Source of the DNA: an uncultured Gemmatimonadales bacterium
Lineage (GTDB): Bacteria > Gemmatimonadota > Gemmatimonadetes > Longimicrobiales > RSA9
Assembly (NCBI GenBank): GCA_963816355.1
Contig: CAWFKH010000003.1
Coordinates: 1,088,001 to 1,152,000, forward strand
Direction: 5' to 3'
Length of the DNA stretch: 64,000 nucleotides
Positions 39,459 to 51,609 of this stretch are shown here, piece after piece. The notes beneath the pieces are model-generated. The model did not search any database and had not been told where the DNA came from. It was given only the letters and a program-made list of their open reading frames with translations. Numbering within the stretch: position 1 is the stretch's first letter; each line of letters starts with the position of its first letter. A program made the translations under genes and the position numbers.

Positions 39459-41017
39459 GCCCGCATCGGCGCCCGCACCACCTCGGCCATGCTCGGAGGC
39501 GCGGCCAGCCGGTTCGCCTCCACGTCGGCGATCAACTGCGTCACGGTGGCGTCCATGCGGTCCAGCACCGGCTTCGGATAGACGCCGAGCCACACCATCC
39601 CGGCGAGAAGGGGGACGAGGATCACCGCCTCGCGCGCGCTCAGGTCGCGCAGCCCTTCGTTCTCCGGCCTCTCGAGCCGGTTGAAGAGGATCTTCTGCAC
39701 CATCGGCAGCATGTAATACGCGGCGAAGATCACACCGCTCGTGGCGAGGGTCGCCACCCACGGATGCGTCTCGAACGTGCCGAGCAGCGAGAGGAACTCG
39801 CCCACGAACCCGCTCAGCCCGGGCAGCCCGATGCTCGCCAGCGCCGTCACTACGAACGCCGTCGCGAAGTACGGCATCACCCCCGCCAGCCCACCGAACT
39901 GCGCGATCTCGCGCGTGTGCCGGCGCTCGTAGAGCATGCCGAGCAGCAGGAACATCGCCCCGGTCGACAGACCGTGCGACAGCATCACCATCATGCCGCC
40001 TTCGAGGCCGTTGAGCGTGAGCGCGAAGATCCCGAGCACGATGAAGCCCATGTGCGCGACCGACGTGTAGGCGATCAGCTTCTTCGCGTCCGACTGCACC
40101 GCCGCGACCCAGGCCGTGTAGACGATGCCGAACAGCCCCAGCACCATCAGCGTCGCGACGATCGCCGGCTGGGTCGAGGCGGCCGGGAAGAACGGCAGCA
40201 GGAAGCGCAGGTAGCCGTAGGTCCCCAGTTTCAACAGCACCGCCGCCAGCACCACGGAGCCGGGCGTCGGCGCCTCCACGTGCGCGTCCGGCAGCCACGT
40301 ATGCAGCGGGAAGAGCGGCACCTTGATCGAGAAGGCGAGGCCGAAGGCGAGGAACAGCCAGAACTGCTCGCGGAACCCGAGCGGTACCTGCAACAGGTCC
40401 GCGTAAGCAAAAGAGAAATCGCCTGTTAGCGTGCGATACTTGAAGTAGAGGTAGAGGATCGCCACCAGCATCAGCAGCGAGCCCGCCGCGGTGTAGAGGA
40501 AGAACTTGATCGCCGCGTATATGCGGCGCTCCCCACCCCAGATCCCGATGATGAAGTACATCGGGATCAGCATGATCTCCCAGAACAGATAGAACTGGAA
40601 GAGGTCGAGCGAGACGAAGGCGCCGACGACGCCCGTCTCGAGCAGCAGCATCATGGCGTAGAACGCCTTCTCGCGCCGCTTGATGTAGGTGAAGGAGCCG
40701 AGGATGGCGAGCGGCGAGATGAAGGTGGTCAACAGCAGCAGGAGCAGACTGATGCCATCGAGGCCGACGCGGTAGAAGATCCCCCAGTCTGGGATCCAGG
40801 GGATCGTCGTCTGGAACTGGAACGCGGCGCTCGCGGTGTTGAAGCTGAACCAGAGCGGCACGGCCGCGGCGAACTCGATCGCGGCGGCGCCGAACGCGAG
40901 CGCCTTCGCGGCGCGCTCGGGCGCGGCGAGCACGAACGCCATGCCGACGAGGGGGAACCAGATCAGGAAGTCGAGCGCCAGGCTCGAGTAGGCGAAACCG
41001 TTCGTCACGGGAGTCAT
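39446..41017 (-). CDS. nuoM: NADH-quinone oxidoreductase subunit M
   Basis: FWEIMLIPMY, KVPLFPLHTWLPDAHVEAPT, KKLIAYTSVAHMG. Confidence 0.97.
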   Translation of the reverse strand: MTPVTNGFAYSSLALDFLIWFPLVGMAFVLAAPERAAKALAFGAAAIEFAAAVPLWFSFNTASAAFQFQTTIPWIPDWGIFYRVGLDGISLLLLLLTTFISPLAILGSFTYIKRREKAFYAMMLLLETGVVGAFVSLDLFQFYLFWEIMLIPMYFIIGIWGGERRIYAAIKFFLYTAAGSLLMLVAILYLYFKYRTLTGDFSFAYADLLQVPLGFREQFWLFLAFGLAFSIKVPLFPLHTWLPDAHVEAPTPGSVVLAAVLLKLGTYGYLRFLLPFFPAASTQPAIVATLMVLGLFGIVYTAWVAAVQSDAKKLIAYTSVAHMGFIVLGIFALTLNGLEGGMMVMLSHGLSTGAMFLLLGMLYERRHTREIAQFGGLAGVMPYFATAFVVTALASIGLPGLSGFVGEFLSLLGTFETHPWVATLATSGVIFAAYYMLPMVQKILFNRLERPENEGLRDLSAREAVILVPLLAGMVWLGVYPKPVLDRMDATVTQLIADVEANRLAAPPSMAEVVRAPMRAHGE

Positions 41018-41024
41018 GATCGCC

Positions 41025-43057
<2,033 letters not shown>

Positions 43058-43064
<7 letters not shown>

Positions 43065-43351
43065 CGCAGGAGGTTGAATTCCTTGCTGTCGACCGTCTCC
43101 GTGAGGCGGAAGAGCGAGATCACGATGGCGAGCCCGACCGCCGCTTCCGCCGCCGCCACCGCCATGACGAAGAAGACGTAGATCTGGCCCTCGATGCCGA
43201 CCGCGCGCGACAGCGCGACGAACGCCAGGTTCGCCGCGTTGAGCATCAGCTCGACGCACATGAACATGATGATCGCGTTGCGCCGGATCACGACGCCGAA
43301 GATGCCGATCGCGAAGAGCAGCCCCGCTAGGAAGAGCGACCAGGTAATCAC
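43058..43351 (-). CDS. nuoK: NADH-quinone oxidoreductase subunit K
   Basis: [27 protein letters not shown]. Confidence 0.96.
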
Positions 43352-43352
43352 G

Positions 43353-43862
43353 TCACACCCTCCGTTTCGCGAGGAGAACGGCGCCGACCACGGCGACGAG
43401 GAGGAGGACGGACGTGATCTCGAACGGCAGCGTGTAGGCGCGGAAGAGCGGCAGCGCGATCGCGCCGACGGCGTTGTCGCTGCGCACCGCCGCGTCGACC
43501 AGTTGCGCGCCCCGGTCGGCCAGCGGAGCGCCCTCGAAGAAGGTGCGCGAGAAGAGGTAACCGATCACCCCCGCGGCAAGGAACGACAGCACGATCCACG
43601 CGCCCTTGCGGAAATCGGCCTGGTAGTCGTGGCCGAGGTTCAGCAGCATGATCACGAAGAGGAACAACACCATGATCGCGCCGGCGTAGAGGATCACCTG
43701 GATCGCGCCGATGAACTGCGCGCCCAGCAGGATATAGATCGCCGACAGCGAGAAGAAGGTGAGCACGAGGAAGAGCAGGCTCGCCACCGGATTCCTGCCG
43801 AGCACCATGCCGAGGGCGCCACCGACCGCCAGCGAGGCGAAGATCCACCAGAAGATCGTCAT
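43353..43862 (-). CDS. nuoJ: NADH-quinone oxidoreductase subunit J
   Basis: [35 protein letters not shown]; start ATG 43862. Confidence 0.95.
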   Translation of the reverse strand: MTIFWWIFASLAVGGALGMVLGRNPVASLLFLVLTFFSLSAIYILLGAQFIGAIQVILYAGAIMVLFLFVIMLLNLGHDYQADFRKGAWIVLSFLAAGVIGYLFSRTFFEGAPLADRGAQLVDAAVRSDNAVGAIALPLFRAYTLPFEITSVLLLVAVVGAVLLAKRRV

Positions 43863-44356
43863 TCGCCCCTCGGGTCTTCCGGATCCCAGAGGCTCGACAC
43901 CGGGTGGTCCTGCGCCATCAGACGGTCCAGGTCGTAGACGAAGCGCTCGCGCGTGTACTCGGCGTTTTCGTAGTCCACGCCCACGTGGATCGCCTCGACG
44001 GGGCACACCTCCTGGCACATGCCGCAGAAGATGCAGCGGAACTCGTCGATCTCGTACACGATGGGGTAGCGGTTCCCCTGGTCGTCCTCGCCGGGCACGA
44101 GCCGGATGCAGTTCGCCGGACAGATCGTCGGACACAGTCCGCAGGCCACGCACTTCGGGCGACCGTCCGCGTGCACCGCCATCCGATGCGTGCCGCGCCA
44201 GCGCGTCGACATCTCCGGCTTCACGTCCGGGTACTCGAGCGTTCGCTTCTGCGGATCGACCAGGTGACGGAACGTGAGCGCCATACCCTTCAGCGTGGCG
44301 CGCAGATACGACGTCCCGCTCTCCGGCCGCCGCACCGTCTTGATGCCTATCGCCAT
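43859..44356 (-). CDS. nuoI: NADH-quinone oxidoreductase subunit I
   Basis: CVACGLCPTICP and CIFCGMCQEVCP 4Fe-4S motifs. Confidence 0.96.
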   Translation of the reverse strand: MAIGIKTVRRPESGTSYLRATLKGMALTFRHLVDPQKRTLEYPDVKPEMSTRWRGTHRMAVHADGRPKCVACGLCPTICPANCIRLVPGEDDQGNRYPIVYEIDEFRCIFCGMCQEVCPVEAIHVGVDYENAEYTRERFVYDLDRLMAQDHPVSSLWDPEDPRGE

Positions 44357-44381
44357 GAAGACCTCCCACCGACGACGCTCG

Positions 44382-45716
44382 TCACGACGCCCCCCCTTCC
44401 AGCGCGCTCGCGCTCGCTCCCGCTCCCGCCGGCACGACCGCCTCGCCCGCCTGAGCGACGACGTGGCGCACGGCCACGCGACGGCCGGCGACCGGGCGGA
44501 CGTCGGACAGACTCGCGCCGCCGATGAGCCGATCGTTGTCGAGCAGGAAGAGGAACGCCAGCGTCGCCACGAGGTTCACCGCCGTCAGGATCGCGCCGTA
44601 CACGAAGCCGCTCGGTATGCCGGCGGCGTCGAGCACCAGGATCGACGTGCCCATGAGGGTGATGTAGCCGAGCGCCGTGGGCAGCAGCACCTTCCAACCC
44701 AGGTGCATGACCTGGTCGTAGCGGAAGCGCGGCACGGTCCACCGCACCCACATGAAGACGAAGATGAAGAAGCCGGTCTTGATGCAGAACGAGAGGAATG
44801 TGAGCACCGTCTTCCACCATGCCGGCGCCGCGCCCAGCACGATGCCCGGCGCGTTCAGGATCATGTCGTCGCCGCGCCAGAACGGGATGTCCCAGCCGCC
44901 GAGGAAGAGCGTGGCCATCAGCGCCGACGCGGTGAGCAGGTTCGCGTACTCGGCGATGAAGAACATACTGAACTTCATCGACGAGTACTCGGTGTGGTAG
45001 CCGGTCACCAGCTCCGCCTCCGCCTCCGGCAGGTCGAACGGCAGCCGGTTCGTCTCCGCGAACGCGGAGATGACGAAGAGGAAGAAGGCGAGGCCGAGCG
45101 GAAAGCAGAACCACCAATGGTAGGTCTCCTGCTGCGCCCACACGACCTGCGGCAGCGTCACGTTGCCCGCGAGCATGAAGATGGGGATCAGGCTCATCCC
45201 GAGCGCCACCTCGTAGCTCACCATCTGGGCGCTGGCGCGCAGACCGCCGAGGAAGGCGTACTTGCTGTTGGAGGACCAGCCGGCCATCACCAGGCCGTAC
45301 ACGCCGAGGCTGGAAAGCGCGAGGACGAAGAGGATGCCGATCGGCGGGTCCGCGACGATCATGTCGACGACGCCCCATCTCGTCGGCAGCGGCGAGGCGA
45401 ACGGCACGATCGCGAACGTCACGAGGGCGGGCACGATGGCGATCATCGGCGCCAGGAAGAAGTAGACGCGCGACGCCTCCCGCGGATCGGTTTCCTCCTT
45501 CATCAGGTTCTTCAGGCCGTCCGCGATCGGCTGCAGCAGTCCGAACGGCCCCACCCGGTTCGGCCCCATGCGGTCCTGAATCCAGGCCGAGAGCCGCCGC
45601 TCGAGCAGCGTGAGCATCGCCACCACCACCATCACGACGGTGAAGACGACGCCCACCTTGATGGCCGAGAAGACCAGGAACGCGGTGGGAGAGAGCGCCT
45701 GGACCGGGTGCATCAC
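44382..45716 (-). CDS. nuoH: NADH-quinone oxidoreductase subunit H
   Basis: ERRLSAWIQDRMGPNRVG, ETNRLPFDLPEAE, PRFRYDQ; start GTG 45716 or ATG 45713. Confidence 0.97.
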   Translation of the reverse strand: MMHPVQALSPTAFLVFSAIKVGVVFTVVMVVVAMLTLLERRLSAWIQDRMGPNRVGPFGLLQPIADGLKNLMKEETDPREASRVYFFLAPMIAIVPALVTFAIVPFASPLPTRWGVVDMIVADPPIGILFVLALSSLGVYGLVMAGWSSNSKYAFLGGLRASAQMVSYEVALGMSLIPIFMLAGNVTLPQVVWAQQETYHWWFCFPLGLAFFLFVISAFAETNRLPFDLPEAEAELVTGYHTEYSSMKFSMFFIAEYANLLTASALMATLFLGGWDIPFWRGDDMILNAPGIVLGAAPAWWKTVLTFLSFCIKTGFFIFVFMWVRWTVPRFRYDQVMHLGWKVLLPTALGYITLMGTSILVLDAAGIPSGFVYGAILTAVNLVATLAFLFLLDNDRLIGGASLSDVRPVAGRRVAVRHVVAQAGEAVVPAGAGASASALEGGAS

Positions 45717-47353
45717 TCCTCCTCTCCGGCGTCGCCCGCCGCGGCGGCGAGGCGGTCGCCCTGACGCGCCAGCGCGCCGCTCCCGCCGAGCAGCGGATAG
45801 CTGAGGCCCGCGAACGGGTCGAACAGCTCACCCACGCGAAGGAACGCGTCGCCGGCAGACGCGGGGGCGGCGGCGTCTTCGAGCCCGGCCAGCACGACGC
45901 CGATCGCCTGCCACGGCGGCCGCGCCAGTGCCGGCGGCTGGCGCGCCGTCCAGAAGCGCTGGACGCGCCCTTCGTGGTTCGTGAAGGTGCCCTCCTGCTC
46001 GGCGAACGTGGTCGCCGGCAGGATGAAGTGGGCGGCGCGCCGGACCGGCTCGCTCATGGTGTCGCCGAAGTAGACGAAGAGCTCCGCGTCGACGCCGTCC
46101 CCGGCATCGACCAGGTCGTCGCCGAGGGCGAGCAGGACGCGGGGCGCGGGCGGCAGGCCGCCGGCGGCGGCGTCCGACCCGACGCGAGAGAAGCCGAGCA
46201 GCTCGAGTCCGCGCACGTTCGGCGCCAGGTCGCGCCGGCGCGCCAGCCCGGGGAAGCCGGGACACGCCACCTCGTCGTCGACACGGCGGGAGCGGAAAAT
46301 CTTCTCTCCCTGGAGCAAGTCTGCGAGGCGCGCGAAGAGACCGGCGTCCTCGTTGGCCCGCAGGGCGGAGACGAGCGCGACGACGCCGGCGCCGGTCGAG
46401 CCGACGGCGGCGAGGTGCGGGCGCAGCGCGGCGACGAGGGCGACGACGGCGTCGCGCCAGCTCGTCGGGCGCAGCTGGCCGCCCTCGTCGCGCACGAGCG
46501 GCACCTCGACGCGGGCGCCGTGGTTGAGCGACTCGTACTCGAGGCGGCCGTAGTCGCACATCCAGTACGAGTTCACGTGGGCGTTGTGCCGCGGCTTCAG
46601 GCGCTGCACGAGGTTGTCGCGCACGTCGATGGTGATGTTGCAGCCCTGCGAGCAGCTGGGGCAGATCGAGGGCGTGCGGTCGAGATCCCAGGCGCGGGCC
46701 TTGTGGTGGAAGTCCTTCGAGAGGAGCGCGCCGACGGGGCAGATGTCGACGATATTGTCCGCCCACAGGCTGCCGCCCACGCCCTCGTCGAAGAAGGTGT
46801 CGATCACCGAGCGGCTGCCGCGCTGCACGACGCACAGCGCGTCCTGACCGGCGATCTCGCGCATGAAGCGGACGCAGCGCGTGCACATGATGCAGCGGTC
46901 CGCGTCGTAGAGGACGTCGCCGCCGAAGTCGTCGCGGCCGAGCACGCGCTTGCCCTCGTCGCTCCGGCCGTGCTTGCGGCCCTCGGCGTGGACGTAGTCC
47001 TGCAGCTTGCACTCGCCGGCGGCGTCGCAAACGGGACAGTCGAGCGGGTGGTTGACGAGATAGAACTCGAGGACGCCGGTGCGCGCCTCATGCGCCTTCT
47101 CGGTCTCCGTCCGGATCACCTGTCCATCGCCGACCGGCGTGACGCACGCCGGCACCAGCTTCGGCGCCTTCTCCACCTCGACGAGGCACATGCGGCACAT
47201 CGCGGGCGCCGAGAGGCCCGGATGATAGCAGTAGTGCGGCACGCCAATGCCGAGCTGCGCGGCGGCCTCGATGATATTCGTCCCCTTCGGAACCGTGATC
47301 TCGCGGCCGTCAATGGTGCAGGTGACCGTGTCCTGCCGCTGCGTCGTCGCCAT
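45713..47353 (-). CDS. nuoG: NADH-quinone oxidoreductase subunit G (short form, about 546 aa)
   Basis: CYHPGL..CRMC, HPLDCPVCD..GEC, CIMCTRC..DICP, CPSCSQGC..WMCD; start ATG 47353. Confidence 0.93.
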   Translation of the reverse strand: MATTQRQDTVTCTIDGREITVPKGTNIIEAAAQLGIGVPHYCYHPGLSAPAMCRMCLVEVEKAPKLVPACVTPVGDGQVIRTETEKAHEARTGVLEFYLVNHPLDCPVCDAAGECKLQDYVHAEGRKHGRSDEGKRVLGRDDFGGDVLYDADRCIMCTRCVRFMREIAGQDALCVVQRGSRSVIDTFFDEGVGGSLWADNIVDICPVGALLSKDFHHKARAWDLDRTPSICPSCSQGCNITIDVRDNLVQRLKPRHNAHVNSYWMCDYGRLEYESLNHGARVEVPLVRDEGGQLRPTSWRDAVVALVAALRPHLAAVGSTGAGVVALVSALRANEDAGLFARLADLLQGEKIFRSRRVDDEVACPGFPGLARRRDLAPNVRGLELLGFSRVGSDAAAGGLPPAPRVLLALGDDLVDAGDGVDAELFVYFGDTMSEPVRRAAHFILPATTFAEQEGTFTNHEGRVQRFWTARQPPALARPPWQAIGVVLAGLEDAAAPASAGDAFLRVGELFDPFAGLSYPLLGGSGALARQGDRLAAAAGDAGEEE

Positions 47354-47361
47354 GCGCTCCC

Positions 47362-48666
47362 CTACCCTGCCGCGACCATCCGGGCGCCGTCCGCCGACCG
47401 GCGGAAGAGCGCGAGGTAATCGTCGCGGAATTTCTCGATCGAGCTGTTGACCGGCGCCGCGCACGAGTCGCTCAGCACGCAGATCGTCGTCCCGGTCATG
47501 TTGCGGCCCACCTGGAGGAGGACGTCGAGATCCGCCTCGGTGCCGCCTCCCGCCTCGATGCGGCGCATCATCTTCGCCATCCACTCGGTTCCTTCGCGGC
47601 ACGGCGTGCACTGGCCGCACGACTCGTGGGCGTAGAATTCGACCATGCGGCGGACCTGTTTGACGATGTTCGTCGCGTCGTCCATCACGATCACGGAGGC
47701 GGTGCCGAGCATGCTTCCCGCCTGCGCGACCGACTCGTAATCGAGCGCGATGTCGATCTCGTCGGCGGCCAGGATCGGCACCGAGCTGCCGCCCGGGATG
47801 ACCGCCTTGAGCGAGCGGCCGTCGCGGATGCCGCCGCACACGTCGTAGATCAGCTCCTTCAGGTTAAAGCCGAGCGGCAGCTCGAAGTTGCCGCGCCGTA
47901 CGACGTGACCGGAGATGTTGAACAGCTTGGTGCCGGGGCTCTTCTCGGTGCCCCACTGGCGGTACCAGTCGGCGCCGTTGCGCACAATGTGCGGCACCGC
48001 GCACAGCGTCTCCACGTTGTTGATCGTGGTCGGCATCCCGAAGGCGCCGACCGCGGCGGGGAACGGCGGCTTCACCCGGGGCTGGCCGCGGCGGCCCTCG
48101 AGCGAGTTCATGAGGCCCGTCTCTTCGCCGCAGATGTAGGCGCCCGCGCCGAGGTGGAGCGTCACGTCGACGTCGACGCCGGAGCCGAGGATGTCCTTGC
48201 CCGCGAGGCCCGCGGCGTACGCCTCCTCGATGGCGCGGCCGACGATGCGGGCGGGCTCGAAGAATTCGCCGCGGATGTAGATGTAGACATCCTGCGCGCG
48301 GATCGCGTACGCGGCGATGAGCGCCCCCTCGATCATCTGGTGCGGCGTCCAGCGGCAGAGCTCCCGGTCCTTGAACGCGCCGGGCTCCGACTCGTCGGCG
48401 TTGATCAGGAGGTAGTGCGGCCGGTCGGTGTCCTTCGGCATGAAGCCCCACTTCACACCGGTCGGGAAGCCCGCGCCGCCGCGGCCGCGCAGCCCGCTCC
48501 CCTTCACCACTTCCGTCACCGCGTCGCGCTCCATGCCGAGCGCCTGCTTCAGCGCCTCGTAGCCGCCGTAGCTCGCGCGCCAGCCCTCGAGCGTGCGGGC
48601 GGCGGGGTCGCCGAATCCCGCACTGAGGACGGGGGTCTCGGCCGGGTGCCGGAAGGGATACGCCAT
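47362..48666 (-). CDS. nuoF: NADH-quinone oxidoreductase subunit F
   Basis: GLRGRGGAGF, NADESEPG, GAYICGEE, ESCGQCTPCREG. Confidence 0.97.
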   Translation of the reverse strand: MAYPFRHPAETPVLSAGFGDPAARTLEGWRASYGGYEALKQALGMERDAVTEVVKGSGLRGRGGAGFPTGVKWGFMPKDTDRPHYLLINADESEPGAFKDRELCRWTPHQMIEGALIAAYAIRAQDVYIYIRGEFFEPARIVGRAIEEAYAAGLAGKDILGSGVDVDVTLHLGAGAYICGEETGLMNSLEGRRGQPRVKPPFPAAVGAFGMPTTINNVETLCAVPHIVRNGADWYRQWGTEKSPGTKLFNISGHVVRRGNFELPLGFNLKELIYDVCGGIRDGRSLKAVIPGGSSVPILAADEIDIALDYESVAQAGSMLGTASVIVMDDATNIVKQVRRMVEFYAHESCGQCTPCREGTEWMAKMMRRIEAGGGTEADLDVLLQVGRNMTGTTICVLSDSCAAPVNSSIEKFRDDYLALFRRSADGARMVAAG

Positions 48667-49629
48667 CTAGCTCTCGTCGGGTGTCGAATCGGGACGGTGC
48701 GGCCGCGCGTTCGGGGTCGCGGCCGGGCCGGCGGGGCCGCCCGCCGCCGCTCCGCCGCTCGCGGGCGGGACGGCCGGCGAGCCGCGGTCGCGATGGCGGC
48801 GCACGGCATCGCTCTCGTCACGGGCCTGCGGCGACACCGACCCCGCCGCCCGGTCGGGCTCCGGTCCCGGCGTCTGTGCGAGCGTCTCGGGCGCGGCGCC
48901 GGGTGTGCCGGCGCTCGTCCCGACAGCGCCGAGGGCGCTCTCCAGGCCGGGGCCGCCAGACGCGCCGGACGCGCCGGCTTCCGAGCGCAGACGCTCGAGA
49001 ATGGCCGGGACATCGCCGACCGCGACGTTCTCGAAATAGCGCTCGTTGATCTGCACGGCAGTCGGGAAGCCGCACGCGCCGAGGCACTCGGCTTCCATCG
49101 TCGTGAAGAGGCCGTCGTCGCTGGTGTCGCCGGCGTCGGCGCCGGTGTGCTCGAGGAACGCCTCGAAGACCTCGTCGCCGCCGCACAGGTTGCACGCGAC
49201 GTTCGTGCACACCTGCACGAGATAGCGCCCGACCTCGCGCTTGTTGTACATCGTGTAGAAGGTCGCGACCCCACGCACGTACGCGTGCGAGAGGCCGAGC
49301 ACGTCGGCGACGCGGGCCATCGCCTCGGGCGAGAGGAAGCCGCGCACCTCGTGGGCGAGGTTGAGGACCGGCAGCAGCGCACCCTGCGGGTTCGGGTAGC
49401 GCGCCAGGATCTTCTCCAGCCGCTCCGCGTAGGGGCCCTCGAAGAGCGGCGCGTCCGGATCGCGGTCCGCAAGCTGGTACGGGTAGGCGTTGATGCCGCC
49501 GGCGTCGATTCCCGCCGCGGGCCGGCCGGCGACGTACTCGCTTCCGCGCACGTCCGCTTCACGCAGTGACTCGAACTCCCCGGTCTCGCCCGCCCAGCCG
49601 GGGTTGCGGGTGAGGGGCGTCTCGCTCAT
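48667..49629 (-). CDS. nuoE: NADH-quinone oxidoreductase subunit E with N- and C-terminal extensions
   Basis: VATFYTMY, VCTNVAC, ECLGAC; start ATG 49629. Confidence 0.92.
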   Translation of the reverse strand: MSETPLTRNPGWAGETGEFESLREADVRGSEYVAGRPAAGIDAGGINAYPYQLADRDPDAPLFEGPYAERLEKILARYPNPQGALLPVLNLAHEVRGFLSPEAMARVADVLGLSHAYVRGVATFYTMYNKREVGRYLVQVCTNVACNLCGGDEVFEAFLEHTGADAGDTSDDGLFTTMEAECLGACGFPTAVQINERYFENVAVGDVPAILERLRSEAGASGASGGPGLESALGAVGTSAGTPGAAPETLAQTPGPEPDRAAGSVSPQARDESDAVRRHRDRGSPAVPPASGGAAAGGPAGPAATPNARPHRPDSTPDES

Positions 49630-50906
49630 CGGTCGATCTCCCCGAGAACGATGTCGATGCTCGCGTTGGAGGCGATCACGTCCGTGAGGAGCTGCCCTTC
49701 CACCATCTTCGGGAGCGCCGCCAGGTTGACGAAGCTGGGACCGCGCACGCGCCAGCGCACCGGCTTGGAGCCGCCATCGCTCACCACGTACATGCCGAGC
49801 TCCCCCTTCGAGCTTTCGACGCCGAACCAGCTCTCGCCCGCCGGCGCCGGAACGCCCTCCATCACGACCTTGAAGTGATGGATCATGGAAGCCATGTCCG
49901 TCATGCAGTCCGTCTTCGACGGCAGGATCAGGCGCGGGTCGTCCACGTTGATCGGACCGTCCGGCAGCCGGTCGATCGCCTGCTGAAGGATCCGCAGGCT
50001 CTGCCGCATCTCCTCCATGCGCACCAGGTAGCGGTCGTAGCAGTCGCCGTTCTCGCCCACCACGACGTCGAAGTCGTACGTCTCGTAGTCGTAGTACGGC
50101 CGGTCCTTGCGTACGTCGTAGGCCACGCCCGACGCGCGCAGGTTCGGTCCGGTGAGGCCGTAGTTGACCGCGTCCTCCGCGCTCATCGGCCCCACGCCGA
50201 GGTTCCGCCCGATCCACAGGTTGTTCGACGTGAGCAGCGTCTCCACCTCGTCGAGCGTCTTCGGCACCGTGTCGACGAACTCCTGCAGCTCCTCGATCCA
50301 GCCGGCCGGCAGGTCCGCCATCATGCCGCCGATCCGCGTCGCCGACGTCGTGATGCGCGCGCCCGTCAGCTTCTCGTGCAGCGTGTAGATCCGCTCCCGC
50401 TCCTGGAAGGTGTAGAGGAAGACGGTGAAGGCGCCGATGTCGATGCCGGTCGTACCGAGCCAGAGCAGGTGGCTGAAGACGCGGTCGAGCTCCATGAGGA
50501 TGACGCGCACCACCTTGCAGCGCTCGGTGATCTCGATCCCCATCAGCTTCTCGACCGCCGCCGCGTACGCCACGTTGTAGATCAGCGGGGCGAGGTAGTC
50601 CATGCGGTCGGTGAGCGGGATCACCTGGTTCCAGGTGCGGAACTCGCCCAGCTTCTCGAAGCTGGAGTGCAGGTAGCCGATGTGCGGGATGCAGCGGATC
50701 ACGGTCTCGCCGTCGAGCTCCAGCACGAGGCGCAGCACGCCGTGCGTCGCCGGGTGCTGGGGCCCGATGTTGATGAGCATGTGCTCGGCGTGCAGCTCCG
50801 GCTCCATCCCCTGCGGCAGCACCGGGGGCGCCACAGCGCCGTCCGCGCGGTCCCCGTCCATCGCTGCGCCGCCCGGAAGCCGCCGCTCCTCCACCGGCGC
50901 ACTCAC
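49626..50906 (-). CDS. nuoD: NADH-quinone oxidoreductase subunit D
   Basis: NIGPQHPATHGVLRL, DRMDY, DIVLGEIDR. Confidence 0.97.
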   Translation of the reverse strand: MSAPVEERRLPGGAAMDGDRADGAVAPPVLPQGMEPELHAEHMLINIGPQHPATHGVLRLVLELDGETVIRCIPHIGYLHSSFEKLGEFRTWNQVIPLTDRMDYLAPLIYNVAYAAAVEKLMGIEITERCKVVRVILMELDRVFSHLLWLGTTGIDIGAFTVFLYTFQERERIYTLHEKLTGARITTSATRIGGMMADLPAGWIEELQEFVDTVPKTLDEVETLLTSNNLWIGRNLGVGPMSAEDAVNYGLTGPNLRASGVAYDVRKDRPYYDYETYDFDVVVGENGDCYDRYLVRMEEMRQSLRILQQAIDRLPDGPINVDDPRLILPSKTDCMTDMASMIHHFKVVMEGVPAPAGESWFGVESSKGELGMYVVSDGGSKPVRWRVRGPSFVNLAALPKMVEGQLLTDVIASNASIDIVLGEIDR

Positions 50907-51607
50907 GACTCCGCCTCCGTCGCTTCCGGCTCGGTGCCCGGAGTACGGGTCGACCCGGCTTCGCCGTGGGCCAGCCCCACGTTCAGCTCGTCCGGAACGT
51001 AGAAGTCCTCCACCTGCAACGACAGCGAGCGGCGCGTCTGCTCGGCACGCGTGAAGCGGCCCCGCAGCGGAAAGTCCTTCCGCAGCGGATGGCCCTCCGA
51101 GTAGTTCTCCGGCATGAGGATGCGGCGCAGGTCGGGGTGGCCGCGGAACTGGATGCCGAACATGTCGTACGCCTCGCGCTCGTGCCAGTCGGCGGTCTTC
51201 CAGATGCCGGCGACGGAGTCAATCTCCAGCGCGTCGAGTGGAAGCTCCGCCTTCACGCGCAGCTGCCGCCGGTTCGGGATCGACCACAGCTCGTAGACCA
51301 CCTGCAGCGGGCGCCCCGAGCCGTAGTCGACGGCGGTCACATCCTTCAACAGGTCGTAATCCTGGGCGCCGTCCTCGCGCAGCCACGCCAGGACCTCGTG
51401 GACGCGCTCCGGCCGTACGAACACCACCTGCTCGTCGCCCGCCTGCACCTCTGCGCGCAGGATCGCGTCGCCGAAGCGCTGCCGAAGCGCCGCGACGCTC
51501 GGGTGGACTCCTCCGCCATCCGCTGGAGCCTCCGCCGCGCCCGCCGCATCCGACGACGCCGGGCCCGCGTCGAGACCGCCCAGGCCCTCCTCGAACTCTC
51601 CCGCCAT
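50903..51607 (-). CDS. nuoC: NADH-quinone oxidoreductase subunit C
   Basis: DVTAVDY, WHEREAYDMFGI.F.GHPDLRRILM, HPLRKDFPL. Confidence 0.95.
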   Translation of the reverse strand: MAGEFEEGLGGLDAGPASSDAAGAAEAPADGGGVHPSVAALRQRFGDAILRAEVQAGDEQVVFVRPERVHEVLAWLREDGAQDYDLLKDVTAVDYGSGRPLQVVYELWSIPNRRQLRVKAELPLDALEIDSVAGIWKTADWHEREAYDMFGIQFRGHPDLRRILMPENYSEGHPLRKDFPLRGRFTRAEQTRRSLSLQVEDFYVPDELNVGLAHGEAGSTRTPGTEPEATEAES

Positions 51608-51609
51608 CG

